Of a stretch of 64,000 nt of DNA, positions 47,214 through 57,048 are shown piece by piece (position 1 is the stretch's first letter; every line of letters begins with the position of its first letter). Location of the stretch: contig JBHPGJ010000004.1 in NCBI GenBank assembly GCA_042570545.1, forward strand, positions 2,223-66,222, read 5' to 3'. The notes beneath the pieces were generated by a model. The model had not been told where the DNA came from. It saw only the letters and a program-made list of their open reading frames with translations, and searched no databases. The DNA is from Patescibacteria group bacterium (GTDB lineage: Bacteria; Patescibacteriota; Patescibacteriia; JBHPGJ01). Both the position numbers and the translations under genes were made by a program.

Positions 47214-47638
47214 ATTTTTTCAATTAATGATAAGAATTGACTGGTGCCCTCTCCGGTCACGTTTTCTTCATCACGTGAAAATTCTAAATCGTCTTTTATA
47301 GATAGCGATGAATAAAAATCATAACCTTCTTCGTCCGCTATAGTTGCCGTACGTTCTAAACCTTTTTCTGTACATTGATTACACCTTGCCATCCCATCGC
47401 GCCAATTATGACTGTGCCGATCAGACACCTGAGACATCGATTGCTTTAATAAATTCAATTTAAGTAATTCCGCTACTCGCTGAACACCAGCCTCATCTTT
47501 TTCTTCATCCACTTTATCCTTAGGACCTGCTTGAAAAAATAATAAAGTAACTTTAAATTCATCTAGCAGTTTGTTTAGCTGTGTTAACACTTTGGTCGGA
47601 TGGGTGACATGGAGCAGTAAACTGGGCTTAAACGTCAT
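47210..47638 (-). CDS. Degenerate QueH (epoxyqueuosine reductase)-like protein
   Basis: LLLH, RC..C...LERTA..A...GYD...S; the N-terminal CC is missing. Confidence 0.5.
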   Translation of the reverse strand: MTFKPSLLLHVTHPTKVLTQLNKLLDEFKVTLLFFQAGPKDKVDEEKDEAGVQRVAELLKLNLLKQSMSQVSDRHSHNWRDGMARCNQCTEKGLERTATIADEEGYDFYSSLSIKDDLEFSRDEENVTGEGTSQFLSLIEKI

Positions 47639-47723
47639 AGTATAGTAATCATATCAAATGCCCCGGCAACTGTCAGCCAATAACAAAAACAGGCTCAATA
47701 AGCCCATTATTATTTAATAAATA

Positions 47724-48413
47724 TTAATGCCCAAATCGGCGGTGTCGATTTTCGTAGTCTGTCAGTACTTCATCCAGATCTTTTTCTGTAAATGCCGGCC
47801 ATGGTTTTTTTATAAAATACAATTCGCTATAAACTGATTCCCAGGTTAAATATCCAGACAGACGCTGTTCACCACTGGTGCGAATTACAATATCTGGATC
47901 TGGCAATGATGGACTGTAAAGATTATTATCAATTAAATTTTCTGTGATCTGAGCTGAGGATTTTTTCATTTTTACTATCTTCTTAACAGCGTCGACGATC
48001 TCTGCTCGACCGCCATAATTAATGCAAATGTTTAAAATCCCATTAGTGTTGTTTTTGGTTAATTCGACGGCTCGATTTATGGCTTGCTGTATATTCTCTT
48101 GTAAGTCCTTCAGACGGCCAGAGAACATCATGCGAATCCCCTTTTCGTGCATTTCTTGAGTGTCATTTTCAATTGCCGAGTGTAACAAGCGCATCAGATA
48201 ACCGACTTCTTTTTTGCTGCGGTTCCAATTCTCAGTAGAAAAAGCATAGACAGAAAGAATCTTAACTCCTCTCTTTAGACACCAGTCGCCAACTTTTTTT
48301 ATCTTGTTATATCCGCGCTGATGCCCCTGCAAAGTAGGCAATCCGCGCTTTCTCGCCCATCGACGATTACCATCCATGATAATGCCAATGTGGTAAGGTG
48401 CTTTATATGCCAT
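47724..48413 (-). CDS. uppS: Undecaprenyl diphosphate synthase
   Basis: HIGIIMDGNRRWA, FSTENW.R, NYGGR.E, RTSGEQRLS. Confidence 0.97.
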   Translation of the reverse strand: MAYKAPYHIGIIMDGNRRWARKRGLPTLQGHQRGYNKIKKVGDWCLKRGVKILSVYAFSTENWNRSKKEVGYLMRLLHSAIENDTQEMHEKGIRMMFSGRLKDLQENIQQAINRAVELTKNNTNGILNICINYGGRAEIVDAVKKIVKMKKSSAQITENLIDNNLYSPSLPDPDIVIRTSGEQRLSGYLTWESVYSELYFIKKPWPAFTEKDLDEVLTDYENRHRRFGH

Positions 48414-48518
48414 AATAATTTAATTTGAGCCTTAATTATAACCAGACGGGACAAATCGTCAAGCCAGCAGATTGACATAGTGCCGGTTGTTAGTTACTTT
48501 AAAAACACTTTATCATTG

Positions 48519-48595
48519 CGGGGTATGGCGCAGTTGGCTAGCGCGCACGCTTCGGGTGCGTGAGGTCGCCGGTTCGAGTCCGGCTACCCCGACCA
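48519..48595 (+). tRNA. tRNA-Pro(CGG)
   Basis: CGGGGTA/TACCCCG acceptor stem, anticodon arm CACGC-ttCGGgt-GCGTG, GGTTCGAGTCC, CCA end. Confidence 0.96.
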
Positions 48596-48608
48596 AGTAA
48601 AAAAACGT

Positions 48609-49430
48609 ATGAAAATATTAAAAACCAGTGGTCAAAAAGAAAAATATGATAAAAGTAAATTAAGACGTTCTTTGATTAGATCCGGCCTCTCCCAACGACA
48701 GGCAAATAATATAGTCACTCGGATAACAAAAAACATCCCAGCTGAAAGTTCGACTGATTTTATCTTTAAAAACGCTCAACGCGAATTGATTAAAGAAGAT
48801 CCGGTCACTGCCTACCGTTATAATTTAAAACGAGCGATCACAGAATTGGGCCCAACCGGGTTCCCATTTGAGCAATTAATTAGCCGAATACTCAATGCCC
48901 ACGGTTACTCTACCCGGGTTGATGTAATGGTTAACGGATATTGTGTGCAACATGAAGTCGATGTAATTGCCAAAAAAGACAATCGGGAAATATTGGTCGA
49001 AAGTAAATTTCACAACCGACCGGGCACCAAGACCGATGTTGGAGTATTATTATATTCTCACGCCCGATTTCAAGACATTATTAAGGCTCGAAATAAAAAT
49101 AAATTTACCCGGCACGAGGGTTGGGTTGTTACCAATACTCAATTTACTACTCAAGCATTAAAATTTTCACGTTGTTCCGGAACTAAGGCGGTTAGCTGGT
49201 CTCATCCGACCGGATCAGGTCTTAAAGAATTAATTGAGTCTAAAGGGATCTATCCAGTAACTGTCATACCCCAATTATCAGCAGCCGATAAACAAAGATT
49301 ATTTAAAGCTAATATCGTTCTGCTATCAGACTTTATTAAGTACCCCCCTAACCGGTTAGCAAAAATCATCCAAATAAATATAAATCGGATAAAATATTTT
49401 CAAGCTATTGCTAAGGATCTAACCGTTTAG
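48609..49430 (+). CDS. ATP-cone plus Mrr-like PD-(D/E)xK endonuclease
   Basis: ILKTSG..E.YD..KL.RS cone; FEQLI, HEVDVIA, VESK, VVTN. Confidence 0.8.
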   Translation: MKILKTSGQKEKYDKSKLRRSLIRSGLSQRQANNIVTRITKNIPAESSTDFIFKNAQRELIKEDPVTAYRYNLKRAITELGPTGFPFEQLISRILNAHGYSTRVDVMVNGYCVQHEVDVIAKKDNREILVESKFHNRPGTKTDVGVLLYSHARFQDIIKARNKNKFTRHEGWVVTNTQFTTQALKFSRCSGTKAVSWSHPTGSGLKELIESKGIYPVTVIPQLSAADKQRLFKANIVLLSDFIKYPPNRLAKIIQININRIKYFQAIAKDLTV

Positions 49431-50365
49431 TCTGATAGCTTGTTTAAAAAGTTAACCGCTGAAAGCAGCGCGCTTACACCTTGTCCAGTAGCAACTGCAA
49501 TTTGCTTGTAGGGTATATCAGTTACGTCGCCAGCTGCGAACAGTCCAGGAATGTTTGTATGACATTCTTTGGTTACAATTATCTCGCCTGTTTTATTTTT
49601 TTCTACTTCATCAGAAACCAGATCTGAATTGGGAATCATACCGATGTGTACAAATAAACCCTCAATATCTTTTAGTTCGATCTCTTTATCATTTTTATCG
49701 GTGTAAATTAATCCCGATACCCTCTTATCGCCCAATAAGTGGGTGGTCTTGGCATTGTAAATAACTTTTATTTTATTATTAGCCTCTACTTTACTAATCA
49801 GTGTATTATCACCTCTGAAGGTTGGGTTTTTATTAATCAAATATACTTTTGGCGATAGCTCGGCCAGCATAAGAACCGATTCTAGAGCCGAGTTACCTCC
49901 GCCAATGGTGGCAGTAATTTTATTTTTGAATAATGGTCCATCACAAGTAGTACAATATGACAAACCTTTGCCCTTAAGCTTTGATTCTTCAGGCACCGGC
50001 AAAACACGCGGATGGATACCGGTGGCAATTATTACTGTTTTTGAGGTGAGCACTAATTCTTTATTATCCTTCCTAGCTAAGATATTAAATCCACTTTCGC
50101 TTTTTTCAACTTTATCTACCTGTACCATCTGCTCGATTTTAACCTTATAGTATTCTAATTGCTCAATGAATTTTTGAGTCAATTCAATCCCGTTGGTATG
50201 CTTTATTCCTGGATAATTTTCTATCTCACCGGAATTAATTACTTCGCCGCCGATATCTTTGCTGATTACCAAAAACTTCAAATTACGACGAGCGGCATAA
50301 ATTGCTGCCGACACACCGGCAGCCGAGGCGCCAATTATTATCAAGTCATGGTTATCATTATTCAT
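49427..50365 (-). CDS. trxB: Thioredoxin reductase / AhpF-like FAD oxidoreductase
   Basis: IIGASAAG, CTTCDG, GGGNSA, FAAGD. Confidence 0.88.
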   Translation of the reverse strand: MNNDNHDLIIIGASAAGVSAAIYAARRNLKFLVISKDIGGEVINSGEIENYPGIKHTNGIELTQKFIEQLEYYKVKIEQMVQVDKVEKSESGFNILARKDNKELVLTSKTVIIATGIHPRVLPVPEESKLKGKGLSYCTTCDGPLFKNKITATIGGGNSALESVLMLAELSPKVYLINKNPTFRGDNTLISKVEANNKIKVIYNAKTTHLLGDKRVSGLIYTDKNDKEIELKDIEGLFVHIGMIPNSDLVSDEVEKNKTGEIIVTKECHTNIPGLFAAGDVTDIPYKQIAVATGQGVSALLSAVNFLNKLSD

Positions 50366-50906
50366 CTTTTTTTTTGCTTGGTTGGCTTAATTGCTCAATC
50401 CACTGACGGTATAATTTTGAACCTAGGGAGCCGGTTACTTCAGCCGGACCCAAATCGTTGAGATCGCCCCATTTCCAATCTGAATAATAAGTTATATCTG
50501 GACGACCGGTTTTTTTTATACTCAACTGGCCCCTCGCTTCAACTCGCCACAATTCCAGGTGTAGATTATAAGTGACCCGATCGGCCTCCCCTTGCGACAG
50601 CATCTCTAGGGGTTTAATCGTCAGTCCCAGTTTATCCTGTCCAATCCTTATTATCGCTTGTTCGAACGATTCATTTTCTCCTAAAGTAGCCGCGGGAAAT
50701 CCCCAGCAATTACATGAGACATCAGTCGGATCATCCGGTCGCATAGCCAAAAATACCTGCTGATTGTCTTTAGGATTATTAAATACTATGGCTACAGCCT
50801 GCCTGTCCTTATCTGCATTACCGGTCAATTTATCAGGGTTATCTGATAGCTTGTCGTTATGTTTTTCACTATTTTTATTCATATCTGGGTGCCAGTATGT
50901 TAACAA
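50358..50906 (-). CDS. NUDIX-fold protein with a degenerate Nudix box
   Basis: WGFPAAT..ENES...AI.R....LGL. Confidence 0.6.
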   Translation of the reverse strand: MLTYWHPDMNKNSEKHNDKLSDNPDKLTGNADKDRQAVAIVFNNPKDNQQVFLAMRPDDPTDVSCNCWGFPAATLGENESFEQAIIRIGQDKLGLTIKPLEMLSQGEADRVTYNLHLELWRVEARGQLSIKKTGRPDITYYSDWKWGDLNDLGPAEVTGSLGSKLYRQWIEQLSQPSKKKDE

Positions 50907-51088
50907 AATTATTTCGTTGAAGCTAGTACGAATATGATTTTTTATTTAACGTTAGCCAAATAATACCCCTTTTATCACCATTTCAAAATACTTTTCCTTC
51001 CCTGTGGACAGTGAAAACTTGGCTTTTTTTGGGGTTTTTCGCTATAATGTTCATAAGATAAATAATTAATAACCAAGGAGAAGCCCAA

Positions 51089-51370
51089 ATGGCCAAAATG
51101 ACTAAGTCCCAACTAATGGCTCACCTGGCTGAAAAGTCCGGCATGTCAAAAAAAGATGTGCAGGAATTTGTAGAAATGATGGTCGGAGTAGCCTATGAAG
51201 AGACTAAGACCAACGGCGAATTTACCATTCCTGGACTCGGCAAGCTGGTGAAAAAGCATCGTAACGCCCGTCAGGGTCGTAACCCAGCCACCGGCGAAAC
51301 TATTCAGATTCCTGCCAAGACAGTGGTAAAGTTCCGTATCGCAAAAGCTGCCAAAGAGTCGATTCTGTAA
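51089..51370 (+). CDS. HU family DNA-binding protein
   Basis: GLGK, R.GRNPATGE.I.IPA, VKFR; SD AAGGAG. Confidence 0.95.
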   Translation: MAKMTKSQLMAHLAEKSGMSKKDVQEFVEMMVGVAYEETKTNGEFTIPGLGKLVKKHRNARQGRNPATGETIQIPAKTVVKFRIAKAAKESIL

Positions 51371-51388
51371 GTTAATTATCTATTATGC

Positions 51389-51417
51389 AAAAAGACCTAT
51401 TCTACGTGGGTCTTTTT
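51389..51417. terminator. Intrinsic terminator after HU
   Basis: AAAAAGACC...GGTCTTTTT. Confidence 0.7.
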
Positions 51418-51428
51418 GATATATCCGT

Positions 51429-52133
51429 TCAACTTCGATCTAAATATTTCTTTCTTTTGATTTCAGGAAATTTTTCAATAGCATAGCGCAACATTGTACG
51501 CGGCATTTGCTGATGATATTTCTTTAAGAAATTTTCTTCGATATTAATATCTCTTTTACCCACCTCACGCAACATCCAGCCGACAGCTTTATGAATCAAA
51601 TCGTGTTTGTCATCTAACAGTAACTTTGCGAGCCTTAGGGCGTCAGCGTAATCATTATTACTGATGAAGGTAAAGGTGGCCAGGATAGCCATACGGCGTT
51701 CCCACAAACTTTTTGATCTAGCTAACTTATACAGAATATCTCGCTGCCGGTCTAATAAATATTCACCCATAATATTTGGCGTGGTTACATCCACTAGATC
51801 CCAATTATTAATGTACCTGGTATTTCTTAAATACAGCTCATATATTTTCTTTCTACCAGATAGCGTTTCGGTTTTATAGCGATAGGTAAAAATTAACAGG
51901 GCCGTCAGCCGATATTCATGTATCTTACTGTGAAGTAACTTTACGACTTCGGTATTGCTTAGGTCTTTATACCTCTTAGCGACTTGTCTTTGAATTGGTA
52001 CTTTTATACCTATAAATACATCGCCCTCGCCATATTCACCCCTGCCCGTTTTAAAAAAACGCTGAAGCAAGGCCGCCTGCCTTTTATCAGCCAGTTTGTT
52101 TAAATCTCTTTTGATATTTTCTAGACCGGACAT
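51429..52133 (-). CDS. DNA alkylation repair protein (AlkD-like)
   Basis: FFKTG.GEYGEGD.F.G, NNWDLVD, WERR, KAVGWMLRE. Confidence 0.9.
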   Translation of the reverse strand: MSGLENIKRDLNKLADKRQAALLQRFFKTGRGEYGEGDVFIGIKVPIQRQVAKRYKDLSNTEVVKLLHSKIHEYRLTALLIFTYRYKTETLSGRKKIYELYLRNTRYINNWDLVDVTTPNIMGEYLLDRQRDILYKLARSKSLWERRMAILATFTFISNNDYADALRLAKLLLDDKHDLIHKAVGWMLREVGKRDINIEENFLKKYHQQMPRTMLRYAIEKFPEIKRKKYLDRS

Positions 52134-52134
52134 T

Positions 52135-53925
52135 TTACAACTGAGATACGTCTATAACCCTTACCTGTGGACCGCCATTGCTTCGGGGTACTACCACTAC
52201 TTCATCAACTGAATCACCATCAACATCACCGCCGGCAATATTCACACCGCCAGTAAAATTAGTACCAAAGGCAAAGAAATTTTTCTGCAAAATTTCTTTA
52301 TTATTAAACACCTTTACCAATGGCGTAGCTTCAATTCCCCGACTGACCAATATTTCCTTTTGACCGTCGCCATCAACATCTACGCCGTCTACATCAACCC
52401 CGCCGCGATACCCCGAATCAAAAGCATAAAATCCTGGTGATACTCTTTTAACTTCATTTGGTTTGATCTGAAATATTTGTACATGTGGTGCTCCAAAATG
52501 TGGTCCAGTAACTATCTCATCTGCGCCGTCTCCATTCATATCGATTGTCGTAACATTAATACCACCGCGAAATGAAGGGTCGTAAGCGAAGAAATTTACG
52601 GCTGCTTTGCCATTAATATCGTAAACCAGAACGTGGGCACCGCCACCTTGTCGGGCAGCTACCACTATCTCCGCCTTACCATTACCATCGGTGTCACCGC
52701 AGGATAAATTAATACCTCCTAAAAATCGCCCATCTAATACCGTAAACTCACTAAGCAACTTGCCTTCCCAAGTATAGATTCTGGCAATTGGCCAGCCCCC
52801 TCTTCCTTGGGCGGTGACAATCTCATCATAGCCGTCATTATTCACATCGCAGGCAGAGACAGTTACGCCATTTCTTAAGTTTCTATCAAAAGCAAAAAAA
52901 TCATTTTTTAATTTTCCCAAGTAATTATATATTCTAACGTGCGGCCCTAAGCCATCATCTGTGCCAAAGATTATTTCTTCGCGGGCATCACCACGAACAT
53001 TACCGGTTGATACTTGGTATCCACCGCGTAGTTTTGGATCATAGGTGAAGAATGATTGGGAAGCCGGAGCTACAGCTGCCACTTCCTGAGTTTCGGCAAA
53101 TACTAAAGCATTGGGCAGATTACGGCCAGGTCCGGCTTTATATTGGCCGTCATAAAACAAGGACGACGAACCACCGCCATCGAGATTAACGGCGTGATCC
53201 ATATTTAAAGCCATCATTACATTAGCTAGGTCCGGAACGGTTGCGCCGTTAGCCACAATTAAATACATACTACCTCCCTTAAATCCAATACCGGAGCGGT
53301 TTGATTTTACTGACAGCTGTTTGCTGTCCATATAGAACTGTCTGACAACTAATTTGCCCTCATATACTAATGTCGGGCCATTGGAAATGGCAGCTTGCAA
53401 TGTAGCACCGGTCTGATTTTCAAACCCACTTACACTAGCTGTCTTGCCTGGCCAATCATTGGCGTGTTTGTACAAATAAAAATTATTGTTGGTATCAAAA
53501 GCAATGGCTGCTCCTTCTTCGCCATTAAACTGGTTTTTATAAGAATTAGTAAACTGCCGTGTTAATGAATGATACCACATCCAAAAATATGATCCCTCAC
53601 CACCGGCACAGCTAGAATAATCAGCTGGACAAAAATAACTGCCATTGATAGCTGCAAAGCCATTAACTTGATCGACATAACTCCTAAGTGGATATACTGA
53701 ACAAGTTGTGCAATCACCCGAAGTGCCAGTCAGACTATATATTTGTAAATTCGGATTAGTTAAGTTTATTCTTACGCTACGAATAAAAAATGTCCCCGAA
53801 GCAGTACTAACATTTAGTTCTTCATAGCCTGAGTTGGTACCCGCCTTAGCGTCGGACGATAATACAAGCACACCAACGAGGGCTAAAATAAACAATATAA
53901 TTAACCTTGAGGAAGCTAATTTCAC
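52135..53925 (-). CDS. Secreted phosphodiester glycosidase (NAGPA-like) with FG-GAP/VCBS repeats
   Basis: AAINGSYF, GP.LV, RSGIG, NLDGGGSS; D.DGDG..EI and FFAYD..RGG repeats. Confidence 0.85.
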   Translation of the reverse strand: MKLASSRLIILFILALVGVLVLSSDAKAGTNSGYEELNVSTASGTFFIRSVRINLTNPNLQIYSLTGTSGDCTTCSVYPLRSYVDQVNGFAAINGSYFCPADYSSCAGGEGSYFWMWYHSLTRQFTNSYKNQFNGEEGAAIAFDTNNNFYLYKHANDWPGKTASVSGFENQTGATLQAAISNGPTLVYEGKLVVRQFYMDSKQLSVKSNRSGIGFKGGSMYLIVANGATVPDLANVMMALNMDHAVNLDGGGSSSLFYDGQYKAGPGRNLPNALVFAETQEVAAVAPASQSFFTYDPKLRGGYQVSTGNVRGDAREEIIFGTDDGLGPHVRIYNYLGKLKNDFFAFDRNLRNGVTVSACDVNNDGYDEIVTAQGRGGWPIARIYTWEGKLLSEFTVLDGRFLGGINLSCGDTDGNGKAEIVVAARQGGGAHVLVYDINGKAAVNFFAYDPSFRGGINVTTIDMNGDGADEIVTGPHFGAPHVQIFQIKPNEVKRVSPGFYAFDSGYRGGVDVDGVDVDGDGQKEILVSRGIEATPLVKVFNNKEILQKNFFAFGTNFTGGVNIAGGDVDGDSVDEVVVVPRSNGGPQVRVIDVSQL

Positions 53926-53928
53926 AAT

Positions 53929-54168
53929 TTATTTCTTTATTACCACAACTGTACAATTAGTGGCCACAGCTGCTACGGCGCCGACAGCAGCCAATATTGG
54001 AGCGATCAATGCCCCTACCACACCGATAGTAACAGGAATCTCCAGGATTGGTTCGTCTTTATCGTTTTTAATAATAATCCGACGAGCATTGCCTTCCTTG
54101 ATCAAATGCTTAACCTTGGCGACGACATCATCGCCTGACACTTTAAATTCTTCTTGGTTTTGGCTCAT
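53929..54168 (-). CDS. DUF4342-like protein
   Basis: EEFKV.G...KVK.LI.EGN.RRI.IK...EIP. Confidence 0.8.
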   Translation of the reverse strand: MSQNQEEFKVSGDDVVAKVKHLIKEGNARRIIIKNDKDEPILEIPVTIGVVGALIAPILAAVGAVAAVATNCTVVVIKK

Positions 54169-54284
54169 TTGTTTATAATAATAATATTATTATTAATAAT
54201 AACACATAAATTCAACATTAAAGAATATTTATCCAATCAACAACAGCTGAATTGCCTAATACAGCTTAATATTGATAAATTATA

Positions 54285-55871
54285 CTAATATAAATCTTCT
54301 TTTTTCTCACGCTGATAAGCTCCCCAATCTTCCAGGGCTTCGATTACCACTTTCAGTGGTGCTTCGATGATACTGTCAAGTACAAATAAAAATAAATTAA
54401 TTTTTGGAGATTTGTCCGATATCCACCGTCCCATATGAATTACAGGTACGGTGAAAAAATCGATTGTAAAAGTAAATATATTTGTTCGTTTGCCGACAAT
54501 AATAAGATCTCTTACCTCGCCCCGGAGCTTAACACCAAAGAAGCTGATCACGGTAAAGAAGAATATAAATATCATACCACTGACAATGTTAAAATTCAGC
54601 AACGTCATGGCCCAGATTAACAGTCCATATGACAGCAGGAAAGTAATTGCGTATATGGCCCTGAACAATCCGGTCATAAAAGCACTGCGGCCAAATGATT
54701 TTCGTTCCTTACCCAGAAAACCAGATTTTGGTTCTCGGCGTACTACTTTCATAAACTGTTCAACTATGCGGTCGGTGTTTTTCTTCGATGGCATGGTTAT
54801 TGAAACAGCAATGATAAACATCAGTACTGGATGAAATATGGCATTAATTATCAGTGGCGTGTAATTTGTTGTATGAATAACGAACATGTCATAGGGCAGC
54901 TCCAGCAACAAAGCTAACAGCATCTTAGTGATAAAGATATAAATGATTGCCCGGACATAACTTCGTCTAAGTTTTATTTTTGCTCGCTTATATCTTTTGT
55001 TACAGGCTATTCTTATTTGCTCTTCTAGGTCTTCTGGATCATCGAGTAAGCTCTCAAAATTTCGGCCATACTTTTCCATAACATCGCCCAATACGTTAAA
55101 GAGTATTGAATATCGTTTTACATATCTTAATATGCGACCGCTAAGTGGATGGTCAACCTGATTATCAATATATTTTTTATAGGTTGCAAAGTGCTGAGCA
55201 AAACTATCAAGTGACTCTTGTTCACCTTTAAACCAGCCCGGTAAAATAAATTTCAATATGTGGTATCTGACTATAGCTGGATCTGATTTTATTAATGCCC
55301 GGTGAATACCAATAAATATTTGGTAATTGCTTTCCTTGGGATCGGTTATGTCTTTTGACAGATCGATGTCTTGCCGCAACACCCGATACATACACTCCAC
55401 CAGGGCTTCCTCGCGTTTATGAGATACCAGGTGATGATCGATCTCGGTCGATAGCACCGACAGCAGCCAATTTGATGTTTTTTGTCTTTCCTTAGTTAGC
55501 CGATTTGGGGCCACGCTTTTCAGCAGCGATAGATATTTTGCTATAATGGCATCGATCTCGCCGGTTATCGACTCCGGCAACTGATTGTTTTTAAGATACC
55601 TGGCTCGTATCAATTCTGATAATAAAAGGCGGCCAAAGTCCTTTTTTCGACCTTCGTTATATATCCGCCGCTTGAGCATGCGCTCGATGGCGTTTTTTCT
55701 CAGCAGATGTTCATCTTTGTACTCAATAGCATTACGGATCCGCTCGTAAACGTAAGCCAAACGACTGATTGTCATTTGGACATTAATTTTCTGTTCGTCG
55801 CTGTCGGCTTGCCTTTTGGGCTCCTCCTTATATGCCAGTAACAGCTTTTGGATTGGCTGAGATATTCGCAT
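54285..55871 (-). CDS. Hypothetical membrane protein
   Basis: YE.IRNA.EY..EHLLR..AIER; C-terminal TMs. Confidence 0.7.
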   Translation of the reverse strand: MRISQPIQKLLLAYKEEPKRQADSDEQKINVQMTISRLAYVYERIRNAIEYKDEHLLRKNAIERMLKRRIYNEGRKKDFGRLLLSELIRARYLKNNQLPESITGEIDAIIAKYLSLLKSVAPNRLTKERQKTSNWLLSVLSTEIDHHLVSHKREEALVECMYRVLRQDIDLSKDITDPKESNYQIFIGIHRALIKSDPAIVRYHILKFILPGWFKGEQESLDSFAQHFATYKKYIDNQVDHPLSGRILRYVKRYSILFNVLGDVMEKYGRNFESLLDDPEDLEEQIRIACNKRYKRAKIKLRRSYVRAIIYIFITKMLLALLLELPYDMFVIHTTNYTPLIINAIFHPVLMFIIAVSITMPSKKNTDRIVEQFMKVVRREPKSGFLGKERKSFGRSAFMTGLFRAIYAITFLLSYGLLIWAMTLLNFNIVSGMIFIFFFTVISFFGVKLRGEVRDLIIVGKRTNIFTFTIDFFTVPVIHMGRWISDKSPKINLFLFVLDSIIEAPLKVVIEALEDWGAYQREKKEDLY

Positions 55872-55951
55872 CTTGATTAATTGAAACTAACAAAAAAGGT
55901 TAAGAAAATCAAGCCCTATTCTAGTGAGCTCACTTTCAACTTTTTATCTTT

Positions 55952-56554
55952 CTATTGGGCCAAAGGCCCAAAATCAACCGGTACTATCAATTGATCATCA
56001 TTTTCGGCTAGGCCTGAGGGATTGCTTTTATTTAGATGTAATTCACCCGGACCATAGGCGGTGTCATCAAATTCCAAAGTGGCACTAAAAGGTACAAAAT
56101 CCTCAGTCATCCAATCACGCTGGGCAGTGGCAACTGTCTGACCAATTATATTGCCCTCAACATCAACTATGTCAACTGAGAAACTGCCTTCAAAAAACCA
56201 CGTCCCCCGAGCATCCCCGGCCATAAGCACGGGACTGGTAACAATATCACCCGGCCTTGGGCTACCCAATTTTATTAAATCTGTTTTTTCCAATTCATTG
56301 CCGATCACTTCGATAAAAGTCTCGCCTTCGGGGGTACGGCAAGTACGGGGATAGGATTCAGCCACCGGATAACCAGCATCAAGACAGTCATTAAAAGTTA
56401 TTATCGGACCACCACCAGTATTGGGTGTATTTGTATTAGAAACTTCTTTATTGTATTCACTTTTAAAATAATAAATCACCCCGATCATGGACAAAGCAAT
56501 GATAACAATAGCCACCACGGCACCGATGTAAGCTAGGCCTTTTTGGTCTTTCAT
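55952..56554 (-). CDS. Prepilin-like protein with a Gmad2-like Ig domain
   Basis: QKG-LAYIGAV; F.DC..AGYPV.ESYP..C; G.ARG.WFFEG.F, WMT.DFVPF, NPSG. Confidence 0.75.
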   Translation of the reverse strand: MKDQKGLAYIGAVVAIVIIALSMIGVIYYFKSEYNKEVSNTNTPNTGGGPIITFNDCLDAGYPVAESYPRTCRTPEGETFIEVIGNELEKTDLIKLGSPRPGDIVTSPVLMAGDARGTWFFEGSFSVDIVDVEGNIIGQTVATAQRDWMTEDFVPFSATLEFDDTAYGPGELHLNKSNPSGLAENDDQLIVPVDFGPLAQ

Positions 56555-56577
56555 ATTATTGTTTATTAATAATGAAA

Positions 56578-57012
56578 TTAAGCTGCTTTGGCTTGTTCGT
56601 CTTCCGACAAATTCATTTCTTTTGCCAGTACATCCATTTCATCAGCCACTTTACCAAGTTCAGTCATTAAAACTTCTTTATCGTTTCCCTGACTGTCACT
56701 TTCTAAGTATTCGGTCATAATTTCGTTGTAGCGCACTTTAAGACCATCATAGCGGTCATTCAAATCCAATGCCTCGGTATGTGCCTGTTCTTTCATCCGG
56801 TCAATATCTTTTTGGATTTGATCGGGATGTGAACCAGTTATTTTATGCACAAATACATCAAATGCTTTAGCAATTTTTCCAACAGTTTCTCCGCCAATTT
56901 TTCTAGCATAAAAAGCGTTAGCTTCAATATCGCTGGCAAACTGATCACGACGCTTTATTTCGGCGTCAATTTCTTTCCTCCCTGGCGCCCCTCCTGATTC
57001 TGGATTAGGCAT
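56578..57012 (-). CDS. Hypothetical helical protein
   Basis: Uninterrupted 144-aa ORF, coiled-coil character. Confidence 0.6.
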   Translation of the reverse strand: MPNPESGGAPGRKEIDAEIKRRDQFASDIEANAFYARKIGGETVGKIAKAFDVFVHKITGSHPDQIQKDIDRMKEQAHTEALDLNDRYDGLKVRYNEIMTEYLESDSQGNDKEVLMTELGKVADEMDVLAKEMNLSEDEQAKAA

Positions 57013-57048
57013 ATAATTGATTTTAATGCTAAGTGTTGTTGATTATTA

